64,000 nucleotides of DNA from the NCBI GenBank assembly GCA_049999805.1, contig JBNGIO010006379.1, positions 189,614 to 253,613 on the forward strand. Reading direction: 5' to 3'. The notes under the pieces are model-generated. The model was not told where the DNA came from. It searched no databases and worked only from the letters and a program-made list of their open reading frames with translations. Source of the stretch: Folioceros fuciformis (Eukaryota). The translations under genes and the position numbers were made by a program. The number at the start of each line of letters is the position of its first letter. Position 1 is the first letter of the stretch. Positions 27,968-39,399 of the stretch are shown here, in pieces.

Positions 27968-29483
27968 TTATTTCTCAGGATTACGGAGGGCTGCTAGGAG
28001 GGGTGACCATCTTGTATCCACGGTGGTCTCTTCCACACCGACTGCCAAGTTTATCAGCGCATCAGATTATATCGATCCCGTTTCGACTCAAAAACAGTCA
28101 ACAACAGTCAAGCATGAACGGAGGGCGGGACTGCTTACTCTCCCACTTCCGGGCTCCAACGAGTCTACAGTTTTCTGAGCAGATTGCCTGCAAGCCAATC
28201 AATACGTCGATTCAGTCGCAGAGTCCGACACTTCAACTTTGAAGATTTGAGACGAGGGGAATGATTACCTTCGAGAACTGGCTGAGACGAATGGTGTCTC
28301 GTACTATTTGTGTCAAATCGGCGGTTTCGTCTCCGACAGGGAAGTATACAACCTGGATGAACATGCACGGTTACATCTCAACTCGAGGACTGGTTGCGCG
28401 GAAGGGATAACCTACCTTTGCGCTGCTTACCGTGGAGTCGACATTGTCTCCCCCTGCTTGCTGAGAGTGTTCACCCTCGTCTTTTGTGGGGGACAGCCAG
28501 ACTTGAAAGGGAGTGTCCACCTACAAAAACACTGCCGCTCAGACCCATGATACTCTGACCATGACAGCAGATAGTGCGCTCAGTTGTGAATACCAGGGAA
28601 GAGTACTTGCAGAAGCATCGGTCACAACGTCTGAGAACTGAGCAGTAAACTCTGCCCTTGACGAAGAATCCGCGACCTGCCTGACTGACACCTCACAGGA
28701 TGGTGAAATGTCAAAACAAAGCAATGGGTTGGAACGGCGACGAGGGAGGTGAAGAACAGAAACAACTTCCACCTTGCTCACAGCCAGGTCCACAACTACA
28801 ACATCCATTCGAGGCTTGTCTAATCCTCTGGCTGGCGGAGCAATAGCCATCTCTGTAAGACCAAGCTCTTCCAATGTCGTGGCTTGCTGGGTCTCCCACG
28901 CTTCTGCCCACTTGCTGTCACTCCTTTCCAGGGTGATGAGATTGAGTAGCTTTTTCCTGGACATCCTTTTCCTGCCTTTCCTGGTTGGGGATGTTCCCGC
29001 ACCGACATCCTGTGAAACAAGAAGCCACACTCCCTCACCACCCGCCTCAAGGCCATCTCCACGCCAACACCCCGCAACATTACGCAAACTCACCTCGACC
29101 GAGCTCTGATTGGAACCAGCCACAACAGCAACTCCTCTGCCACCACTTCCCCGACGCCTACAATCAGGGGACGACGTGGATGCCCTCCCTTTGCTCCCAT
29201 CCTGCAAACTCCACCTCTCCACTGCAACCCAGCCCAGGACTGTTCCACAATTTTAGCTCAGGCATCCGTGAGCAAAAGAAGCAGAAATGAAATGCGTGCC
29301 GAGGAGCTGTGCCGCGTGTTCCATCATTGACAGCAGCGAAATGCCTCAACTGCTGACAACCAGGATAAGATGAAAGCGGTAGCACAAACCTGAGGAGATT
29401 GCGTTAGATTGCTGGTTGATTTTGATGCATTGAACTGCCTGCAACGCATTCTGGCACCCGGGATGAAACAGTGCTCTAGCCAT
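27968..29483 (-). CDS. YceD/DUF177 family (large ribosomal subunit rRNA accumulation protein homolog), multi-exon; 5' end tentative
   Basis: Spliced reading on the minus strand gives GFFVKGRVYCSVLRRCDRC, VDTPFQVWL, ADLTQIVRDTIRL, AICSENC and VDTRWSPLL...EK*, with TAA at 27968-27970. Confidence 0.75.
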
Positions 29484-30888
29484 CGCTGCGGTGCTGGTCA
29501 CATGAGCTTCATCATGCTATTTCAATCCAGGATGTTTTCAACAAGCCATGAGGTATGTTTGAAGTACCACGGCCCAAGAGTGACCACCGACCGCAGCGAG
29601 TTCATTTACTTGTTAAAGTCGTTCAGGTGGACCTGTGGGTACTTTACCATCGACTTTCATCGGTACACACACGCACATCCCACTTTACTCCAAAAAACTA
29701 GAGAGAACCGCCTCTACTTGAAGCACATCTACCAGCATCCAGGGGGTCCTCCTTCCGAAGCCCTAGAACTAAGTCGCATACCAGTCCCAGAAAGCGAATG
29801 CGTTACAGGCAGTTCAAATTTCAATGCTTGCAAGTCAGACAGCAGCCCAACGCGCTCTCGTTAAGGTTTGTGCGACCCTCAGGATCTACACGATAGATCA
29901 CCACCTTGTGTTCCTCCCATACTTCAGTCCCCGTAAAAGTGACTCAGCACGGATGCAGGCCCGAACGACGGCCCAAACCGTGGCCACTACTGCTCCTCTT
30001 CCTGTGCTACCCGGCATTCAGAGGGTCTGATCATTTCTTCTGTCCTTTGGCGTTGCCGCAGCCCGTGATACTTCCCCGTTGTAGCTGAGATTCCCCGTGC
30101 CCAGGGGCCCGAACTTCTCAACCACCTGCCTGCAGCATCCTGCATAGGACGTAGCTGTCGCTCTCGGGACTTATGATCAGGCTTTGGCTGTACGCTTCCT
30201 CCATCCACCCACACCGGAAGTATGTCGTTGCACTCATTGATGGCATTCAGGCCGAGAGAGTTGATACTTCGCTAGAACTGACCTTGACATCCGCATACAT
30301 CAACAATCCCTTCATGGCAGCATGCCCCATCCTTGACTTCTGATTTCCGTATCCACTGGCAGATTCAGACTGTGCCTGCAAGGACTTCAGGTTAGAATCG
30401 TTTCCGACATACCCTGCCTTCCTCCCAGCTAGAGTAGTGTCCCGGGAGAGGGAATAGGCACCAGCTTGGTGCCACCTAGGTGCCAATTCTAAGTCACATC
30501 TGGATCCGATTTTCCTCAGGTGACCTAGATGATGACGATCCGACCCGCCTCTGGCCCCTATATGGCTTTGCCAACCGGCTTGGGTCGACTCCTCCCTATC
30601 TGGTTATCGAGATCTTGCAAGAAGACATGGGTTTCCACCTTCACCAAGGCTGTCACTTTGTCCGTGAGCAGTTCCTGGGCCACGTGTCTCATGGTGAATT
30701 TTACTACTAAGTGACGCGGCAAAACCTGTCCTTCAGGGACAGATTTGATGCTCACGTCCCCGACAAGAGCCCATGACCACTTCGTTGGACAGCGCCACGC
30801 CAAAAGCATGGCTCTCTTGGATGCCTGAGTGTGAAGGTAGCCACTTTCGCATCACACGGAAAACTAGGCTCATCAACCACTTTTCTCG

Positions 30889-33849
30889 TCAGGGTCGACC
30901 CTTACAGCTGCAACAACCATTAGCAAATCGATGCACACGGTACCCATCCCTTACAACAATGTTCCTCTGCTCCAGCCTTGACATGATCTCTGTAGAACTG
31001 TGGCAGTCACTGCACATGCGTAGATTCTTCGTTACCACCAAAGGTGTCCCACTTGGAGTGTTCAAGAGACCAAACGCCAGAGCTAGCTTCTCAGCATGCC
31101 CACAAAGCGTTTCTTCCTTTTCCTTCTCAGACAGTGGCTTCAAAACCAACTTTGTGTGAGGTACGTGGCCCCCTTCTTGTTTCAGATGTGCATTCATGCT
31201 CTCAACCTTTGGCGCGATATCATCTCTTCTTTCCCCCACCGAAAATGTGTGCACCTGCTTCTTCACCTCAATAGTCGCCACTGCAGGTTTCTTGTTAGCT
31301 CCTGCAACCAATCTCTGTGTTTCGATCCTGTCTACATCGCTCCACATCCCTGCATCTGCATAGGCATTGGCCATGAGAACATACGCAGACGACGCCCTTT
31401 CCGGGTCCAGCCTAACAATCCTTTTGAAACACCACATCGCCTTCTCTATATCCCCGTGGCTTTTACAGGCATTCAACAAAGCCGTCAAGCCCACGACATT
31501 ACGTTGATCCTCACATGATAAGAGCATCTTCTCTGCCTCATCTAAGTGGCCTGCACGCCCAAGAAGATCAATCATGCAGTTGTAATGCTCAATAGTAGGT
31601 TTCATGCCATGCTGTTCAGCCATGGAATCAAAATGCTTGCGCCCCTCGTGAACCAGTCCCTCATGACTACACGCTACTAAAAGGCAAGTAAAAGTTGCAT
31701 CATCAGGCTGAACACCGGCAGCTAACATCTCTTCAAAGCAAGCTAGGGCTCTGCGGGCATCGTCACAAGTGCCATACCCAGATATCAGGGCATTCCATGT
31801 CACCACACTCCTTGTGTTCATGCTGTCAAAAACTTGCCGCGCACCTTTCAAATCACCACATTTTGCATACATGTCCACCATACAGGTGCCGAGCACTACA
31901 TTATCCTGCAATCCTCTTTTGACAATCTGTGAGTGCAGCTCCCTTCCCATCTGTAAGGCACCAGTGCTTGCACAAGCCTTGAGGAGGCAAGCAAAAGTAA
32001 AATGGTCAGCCAGTATCATCCCGTCTTCCTCAATTTGTCCATACAAAACAAGCGCTTCCTGGCCTAGCCCTTGCTGTGCATACCCAGATATCAGAGCATT
32101 CCATGTCGCCACATCCTTTGTGGCCATGCTGTCAACAACCTGACGTGCCGCTTCCAGTTCACCACATTTTGCATACATGTCTACCAGGCAGGTGCCCACC
32201 ACGACATCCTTCGACAGTCCTCTTTCAACAATCTGTGAGTGCAGCTGCCTGCCCTTCTGTAAGGCACGAGCACTTGCACACGCCTTCAGAAGGCCAGCAA
32301 AAGTAATACGATTACCCAGAATCATACCCTCTTCCTCCATTTTTTCATACACAAGAAGCGCCTCATCTCCAAGTCCTTGCTGTGCATACCCAGTTATCAG
32401 AGCATTCCATGTCACCAAATCCTTTGAGCCCAAGCTTTCAAAAACTCGTCGTGCAGCTTCCAGTTCACCACATTTTGCATACATGTCCACCAGACAGTTG
32501 CCCACAACTACGCTGTGCAGCAGTCCTCTTTTTACAATCTGTGAGTGCAGCTGCCTGCCCTTTTGTAAGGCACCAGTGCTGGCGCACGCCTTCAGAAGAC
32601 AAGAAAAAGTAAAATGGTCGGCCGAATGGACGCCGTCTTGCTCCATTTGTTCGTACAAAACAAGCGCCTCCTGGTCCAGCCCTTGCTGTGCATACCCAGA
32701 TATCAGGGCATTCCACATCACCACGTCCTTTCTGGCCACGCTGTCAAAAACCTGGCGTGCTTCTTTCAGTTCACCACATTTTGCATACATATCCACCAGG
32801 CAGGTGCCAAGAAACAAGTCAGGAGGGACGCCACTGTGCAATATATCACAGTGCACCTGCCTGCCAGATTCCAAGTCGACAGCCAGTGCACAAGCTTTAA
32901 GGGCAGCTCCCAACACGTGAGCATCCACCTTCACTCTTGATCTTCGCATCTCATGGTACAGTTGTACAGCTTCTTTAGCTTTCCCATGCTTCGTGTATGC
33001 GGAGATTATGGAAGACCACATGAAGGCATCTGGCCTACCCACCCTGTTAAGCACATCCATGGCCTCCTCTAACCTACCTCCACAAGCATACATCCGCAAG
33101 ATGTGATTTCCCAGGTATGCATTCGACTCGTACCCAAGTTTGACAGTGAGATCATGAACTCGTCGACCCAGGACCAAATCCTTCTTAGCTGTACACAGTT
33201 TGAGCACAGTGTAAAACAGAGACTGAGAAACAACAAAGCCAGTCTGCGCCAACGATTCCAGGGCTCCGACGGCCTCAGAAAGCTTCCCCTGCTCACATAA
33301 CATGTTCACAGTTCTGGCCGTCACGATGCCGATCCTGGATCCTTCACGCCCCACATGTTGAGGATTATCCGAAGAGCTTGACTTGGAAGGAGAGGCACCA
33401 TGACCCATCTGCAGGTCCAAGGAATTGAGTTTCTCATCAGCCCAATCGGGCTTACACAAGTTGTTTAACCACAGGACCTCGCCGGATTTCTGTCGCCGAA
33501 AGGCAGGTGAGTGGGAACTCTTCTTGTCTTGTCTGCTGTCCCACCGCATGGCAGGGTCGGGTACATATTGTTGCCACAAGTGCTCCTGATCCTGGCGATG
33601 ACCATCTTCGGAAAGCCCGTCTCCACCAACACATTCCATCGGAAGTGGAAGGGCTGGGCTCCTTACACTGCTGCACCGGGAAGCTTTGTTCGCTAAGAAT
33701 TGACTTCCTAAGATGCGGTGAGCGGGAGCTCCTTGAAGAATCCCTGTACAAACGCCAGTTTGTTGGGTCGAAAACAGGTCTGATTGCCATAGTGTGCCCA
33801 TCGTTCGGCACCGCTGTGGGAAGATGGCCTTAACAAGAGCCTGTACCAC
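30889..33849 (-). CDS. PLS-class PPR protein with E1-E2 and a DYW:KP (GRP-ending) deaminase-like domain; putative U-to-C organellar RNA editing factor
   Basis: Single 986-codon frame (first ATG 33801) with about 17-18 P/L/S motifs, then P2-L2-S2-E1-E2, KKPAVATIEV, HAEKLA, NLRMCSDCH and HRFANGCCSCKGRP*. Confidence 0.95.
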   Translation of the reverse strand: MVQALVKAIFPQRCRTMGTLWQSDLFSTQQTGVCTGILQGAPAHRILGSQFLANKASRCSSVRSPALPLPMECVGGDGLSEDGHRQDQEHLWQQYVPDPAMRWDSRQDKKSSHSPAFRRQKSGEVLWLNNLCKPDWADEKLNSLDLQMGHGASPSKSSSSDNPQHVGREGSRIGIVTARTVNMLCEQGKLSEAVGALESLAQTGFVVSQSLFYTVLKLCTAKKDLVLGRRVHDLTVKLGYESNAYLGNHILRMYACGGRLEEAMDVLNRVGRPDAFMWSSIISAYTKHGKAKEAVQLYHEMRRSRVKVDAHVLGAALKACALAVDLESGRQVHCDILHSGVPPDLFLGTCLVDMYAKCGELKEARQVFDSVARKDVVMWNALISGYAQQGLDQEALVLYEQMEQDGVHSADHFTFSCLLKACASTGALQKGRQLHSQIVKRGLLHSVVVGNCLVDMYAKCGELEAARRVFESLGSKDLVTWNALITGYAQQGLGDEALLVYEKMEEEGMILGNRITFAGLLKACASARALQKGRQLHSQIVERGLSKDVVVGTCLVDMYAKCGELEAARQVVDSMATKDVATWNALISGYAQQGLGQEALVLYGQIEEDGMILADHFTFACLLKACASTGALQMGRELHSQIVKRGLQDNVVLGTCMVDMYAKCGDLKGARQVFDSMNTRSVVTWNALISGYGTCDDARRALACFEEMLAAGVQPDDATFTCLLVACSHEGLVHEGRKHFDSMAEQHGMKPTIEHYNCMIDLLGRAGHLDEAEKMLLSCEDQRNVVGLTALLNACKSHGDIEKAMWCFKRIVRLDPERASSAYVLMANAYADAGMWSDVDRIETQRLVAGANKKPAVATIEVKKQVHTFSVGERRDDIAPKVESMNAHLKQEGGHVPHTKLVLKPLSEKEKEETLCGHAEKLALAFGLLNTPSGTPLVVTKNLRMCSDCHSSTEIMSRLEQRNIVVRDGYRVHRFANGCCSCKGRP

Positions 33850-34797
33850 GATTCTCAGGTGCGCGCAATGCTATTGTTAACAGTCTATTGATTGAGTCGG
33901 TCTATGATTTGTCCACTCCAGACAAACACACTCCTTCCATTCATTACAGCAGGGATAGCCGCTAAGGATGGATTTCCATCGTGGCCAGATTACTTCGCAA
34001 CTGTTATCCAGAGTATACCTAGGTACTTGCACCTTGTGATCATCTTCCTTCCTTTTGCAAGTTGCTTCAGTACGTTGAAGAATTTGGGCAAAGATGTCCT
34101 GCACTAAACTAATAATTATTTTTCTGACTAGAGAAGTTGGGAAACTTATATTATATCTTTTATTTTTGGAGAGTTATGAGCTTTCATTCCTTCTCAGCAT
34201 ATTTTTCAATGCTCCATATTGGCATGTGAAATGCATCTATGTTACATGTGGTGGTCATCAAATAACTTACTTTAATAAAATATTATCACCAAAGTTATCT
34301 AGCATATATTGTTTGCTTCCTAAGTTTGAAACAAAGCAAACTTTCATAGCCAACACCACAAATTTCTAAGGAAGTAAACACACTTTTGTATCTATGAAGA
34401 GGCAAGCCAAGCCAGCGAAGGTTGCATGTTTGAGAAATATGCTTTATGGTACTTGATCACCAAAAGAATGACTTGTAGACAAGTAGTATTGAACCCATAT
34501 TTGTGGAGAGGAAAATTAATGAAACTACCTCTAAGCCATACCCACATAGAATGCTTCTATACATGGTCACAAATCTCAAGCTCATATAAAGGTCATGCAA
34601 TGAAAGCTCAATACATGTGCCTCCAATCCATAAGTACGTGTCATAAACTATAGGCATTTTGTAAAATTATTACATTCAATGTGATTTACTCATGTCACAA
34701 AGATCAATCATGAAAATTCTATCGTTGGTGAATTGGAAAGGCATTGAAACCAAGGGAGACTAGCTTCCAATGTTGAAGTTGGAGAACATCTTTCCTA

Positions 34798-35377
34798 CAA
34801 AAAGGAAGGTACTCAAATGGGCTTAAGTGATCCGATTCACATCAAAAGGAAGGTACTCCAATACGCTTAAGTGATATGATTCATGTCAAAAGAAAGGCAC
34901 TCCAAAGGGCCTTAGTGATGGGTTCTCATTCTCCAATGGGCTTAAGTGATCTAATTCATGTCAAAAGGAAGGTACTCCAAAGGGCCTTAGTGATCGGTTC
35001 TCATTCTCCAATGGGCTTAAGTGATCTAATTCATGTCAAAAGGAAGGTACTCCACAGGGCCTTAGTAATGGGTTCTCATTCTCCAATGGGCTTAAGTGAT
35101 CTAATTCATGTCAAAAAGAAGGTACTCCACAGGGCCTTAGTGATGGGTTCAAAAGGAAGGTACTCCAGAGGCCTTAGTGATGGGTTCAAAAGGAGGGTAC
35201 TCCAGAGGGCCTTAGTGATGGGTTCAAAAGGAAGGTACTCCAGAGGGCCTTAGTGATGGGTTCAAAAGGAGGGTACTCCCGAGGGCCTTAGTGATGGGTT
35301 CAAAAGGAGGGTACTCCAGAGGGCCTTAGTGATGGGTTCAAAAGGAGGGTACTCCACAGGGCCTTAGTGATGGGTTC
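34798..35377. repeat. Composite minisatellite: 72-bp units grading into 38-bp units
   Basis: tcaaaaggaaggtactcc...gggccttagtgat...ctccaatgggcttaagtgatctaattcatg (72-bp period), then aaaaggaaggtactccagagggccttagtgatgggttc (~38-bp period). Confidence 0.92.
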
Positions 35378-35815
35378 TGATTCTCGTGTTGGAAAGCTAT
35401 CGCATCCTGGCGAGTTCACTTTCGAACACGAGACAGTAAAGCAATCACATAGGTTAAGCTTACTTTGGTTCGATCTCACAACCGTCTTGCACACAAGACT
35501 ATGTGCAAACCACTAAGCCATTGGAGTTTGTTGAAACCTTCAAGGTTTATACAATGAATTAATATCCATATTTTAAACAACTTTTCATATGATGTGAACC
35601 ACATTCCACAAATTAAAAATAATAATCTAGGTCATCTTCATCACTCTTCTATTGTTTTAACCTTAATGACATTCATTAGATGGCCATTTAGCAAATGGCT
35701 ATCTCTATTTGCCCCTTCTCAAGTAGGCCTTGTAATCTATGAATTACAACAAAATGGTTAACCCATGAATAAAATTCTTTATAGATCTCCAATCAATCAA
35801 TTCAAGTGCTATTGG

Positions 35816-35928
35816 TAGTCATTAGGTTTCATCAGGTTAGTCATTAGGTTTCATTGGGTTAGTGATTAGGTTTCATCGGGTTAGTCATTAGGTTTCATCG
35901 GGTTAGTCATTAGGTTTCATTGGGTTAG
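35816..35928. repeat. 22-bp tandem repeat, about 5 copies
   Basis: ttagtcattaggtttcat(c/t)ggg repeated. Confidence 0.88.
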
Positions 35929-36358
35929 CTTTAGTGTCCTTATCTAAGGGTAGATGGTTTTCCATCGTGTTTTTTTTAATAAATAAAACTTAAGTTTTGG
36001 TTTTATAGATCTCCAATCTCGACATTCAAACTTGACTTCTTTAAAAGAGAAATGAAAACAGTATAATTTGTTAACTCTAATGTCAAAGCTTTAAAAGCTA
36101 GGAGCTTGGATGAGGTAAACACCTTAATTTCTTATGAAACTTCCTACACCTTCTGATGAATTGCCCCTGTAGAAGGGGCTCAAAACGTATTGAATATTAT
36201 AGAATAATTGTGTTAATTGGTTTATCTCGTGAAAAGGGTGTTTGCTAAGAGCTTGTGTCAAAAGTACTCCTGTGGGTTTAGTTAGGTAACCTGATTCTAG
36301 TTAGCCAGGGCGAGGCGAGGGCAAGGGCATCGGCACGGCGTGGTCCATCATTTTCCTC

Positions 36359-37800
36359 GCAAGGTCGACCCTTACAGCTGCAACAACCATTAGCAAATCG
36401 ATGCACATGGTACCCATCCCTTACAACAATGGTCCTCTGCTCCAGCCTTGACATGATCTCCGTTGCGCTGTGGCAGTCACTGCACATGCGTAGATTGTTC
36501 GTTACCACCAAAGGTGTCCCACTTGGAGTGTTCAAGAAACTGAACGCCAGAGCTAGCTTCTCAGCATGCCCACGAAGAGTTTCTTCCTTTTCCTTCTCAG
36601 ACACTGGCTTCACAACCAACTCTGTGTGAGGTACGTGGNNNNNNNNNNNNNNNNNNNNNNNNNNNNNNNNNNNNNNNNNNNNNNNNNNNNNNNNNNNNNN
36701 NNNNNNNNNNNNNNNNNNNNNNNNNNNNNNNNNNNNNNCATGTCCACCAGACAGTTGCCCACAACTACCCTGTGCAGCAGTCCTCTTTCCACAATCTGTG
36801 AGTGCAGCTGCCTGCCCTTTTGTAAGGCACCAGCGCTGGCGCACACCTTCAGAAGACAAGAAAAAGTAAAATGGTCAGCCAAAATGACGCCATCTTGCTC
36901 CATTTGTTCATACAAAACAAGCGCCTCCTGGTCCAGCCCTTGCTGTGCGTACCCAGATATCAGGGCATTCCACATCACCACGTCCTTTCTGCCCACCCTG
37001 TCCAAAACCTGGCGTGCTTCTTTCAGTTCACCACATTTGGTTTGCCCACTCTGGTGATCACATCCATGGCCTCCTCTACCCTCCCTCTGCAAGCATACAT
37101 GCGCAAGATATGATTTCCCAGGTATCCATTCGACTCGTACCCAAGTTTGACAGTGAGATCATGAACCCGTCGACCCAGAACGAAATCCTTCTTTGCTGTG
37201 CACAGTTTGAGCACAGTAAAACAGACACTGAGAAACAACAAAGCCTGTCTGCGCCAACGATTCCAGGACTCCGACGGCCTCAGAAAGCTTCCCCTGCTCA
37301 CATAACATGTTCACAGGTTTAGGCGTCACGATCCCGATTTTTGATCCTTCACGCCCCACACGCTGAGGATGATCCAAAGAGCTCAACTTGGAAGGAGAGG
37401 CACCATGATCCATGTGCATGTCCAAGGAATTGAGCTGCCCATCAGCCCAATCGGGCTTCCCCACATTGTTTAACCACAGGACCTTGCCGGATTTCTTGCT
37501 CCGGAAGTGAGCTGAGCGGGAGCTGTTCTCGTCTTGTCCGTTGACGCACCACCCGGCAGGCTCCAGTAAAGATTGTTACCACAAGTGCTCATGCTCCTGT
37601 ATTCGAACGTCGTTGGCAACTCGGTGCCCACCAACACATTTCCTCGGAAGTGGAAACGTTGGGCTCCTTACATTCCTACACCAGGATGCTTTGGTTGGCA
37701 GGGGCTGACTCCCTGAGATGTGGTGAGCGGAAGCTCCATGTAGAATTCCTGTACACAAACCAAATTTGGGTCCGCAGCAGGTCTGGTTGCCATGAGTGTA
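36359..37800 (-). pseudogene. Pseudogenised tandem duplicate of the DYW:KP/GRP PPR gene (spans N gap 36639-36738)
   Basis: Near-identical to 30889-33800, with a premature TAA at 37576-37578, a 2-bp deletion near 37216, a ~250-bp internal deletion near 37035, and the stop after GRP changed to TGC. Confidence 0.85.
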
Positions 37801-39399
37801 ACGAGAGACAGACTGTAACAAGATTCGGAGGTGCCATCCATCGCCACAGCAACCTCAATGACACAAAGATTTAGAGGCCGTGGTACACCACAAGGACTTT
37901 CGAAACAAGGATTTTCAAAACTTCCCACGATCTGGCAGTCGAACTTTCCATGTCACATGGAATGACGTCATACATTGGGTTNNNNNNNNNNGTTCAGGGT
38001 CGGGTTAGGGGTAAATTTACAATGGGTTTAGGGTCGGTTAGACATTTTCAGGAGGTAGACTAGCACTCATCCGGAGGTAGCCTAGTACTCATGGAGAGGT
38101 AGACTAAGTGCTCGTCGGGAGTATTAGACTAGTAGTAGTCGCACTCGAAATTGTTCAGGTCAAACACTTAGTAGTAGTCGCACCGGAAATTGTTCAGGTC
38201 AAAGTTATTTTTTTTAGTAGAAGCAGGGGGTAGAGCAATTTCATAATTATTTAATAAAAGAGATTAATATATTATTAAAATGGATCAAATGAAAATCATT
38301 AGATTTTTTTGTCATGAAGCCATGCATTAAAGTNNNNNNNNNNNNNNNNNNNNNNNNNNNNNNNNNNNNNNNNNNNNNNNNNNNNNNNNNNNNNNNNNNN
38401 NNNNNNNNNNNNNNNNNNNNNNNNNNNNNNNNNAAATTTACTTATTGTATTTAACTAATAATTTTTTTTAAATAGACTCAGTAAGTTTTTTTAATAAATT
38501 TCATGTAAAATAATCCATCCCAACTAAATGGACCGATTATGTACTATAATAGATTACGTCTAAATGTCTATATCTTGTAAGTCATATAGCTTAAATCTAC
38601 TACATCTTCAAATTTGTTTTGTACCTTTAAATTTATGTTAGTTCGACTTCATTGACATTTCAAATATGCTCTATGACTAACTACTATTTGTAATTAAGTT
38701 GTTTGAAATTTGCTGGTGGTTTCAATTCATACATACTTCAAATGCAAGCATGATGAACTACTATTTATAACTTAATTATTTAAAATTTCATATAAGTACG
38801 AATTTATCGTTACTTGAAATGCACTATATGATCAACTATTCGTCTACAATTGCTCACCCTTCATAATTTTTATCGTAATATTTCAAAACTACTAACATCA
38901 AAATCAAGCTCACCATAAACATCTTATTTAAATACTCCATTAAAGTAGCAATGTGAGTGGAAGCGAACATTATTTAGTTCTTTTGAAGCCAAGTTCTTGT
39001 AAATGTGTGTCCTAACAATTGATTGTGCACAAGACTATGGATTTGTGTAAGATATGGTGAAGCAAACATAGAGCAGGTACGACCCCATCTCTACTATGCA
39101 CAAGCCTTCCACACATGGACAAGGAACACGATCAATACATTGCCACCAGCAATTTGTGGCCCACGTTTTAGCACCATGCTTTAGGCTATGACTTCTTCTC
39201 ATCTCCTCACACATATTATCGTTTTGGCACAAAACATCAACAAAAATTTAATTCAATTTATAATGATACACCTAATATGCATAATTCCACAGATACAATA
39301 CAAATTCAAGCCTTACTAAAACACAAAGATACATCGATATTCATCCCTTAATTAAAAAGATCCTAAAAATACTTTAGCTTTCTACTTATCCACAACAAT

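Noticed and set aside
31769-32940. Repetitive plus-strand ORFs up to 247 aa
   Set aside because: Antisense shadows of the PPR repeats.
34876-35253. 125-aa repetitive ORF
   Set aside because: By-product of the 72-bp minisatellite, whose unit length is a multiple of 3.
35816-35928. Interstitial telomeric repeat
   Set aside because: The unit is 22 bp with only ttagg/gggttag fragments, not a TTTAGGG array.
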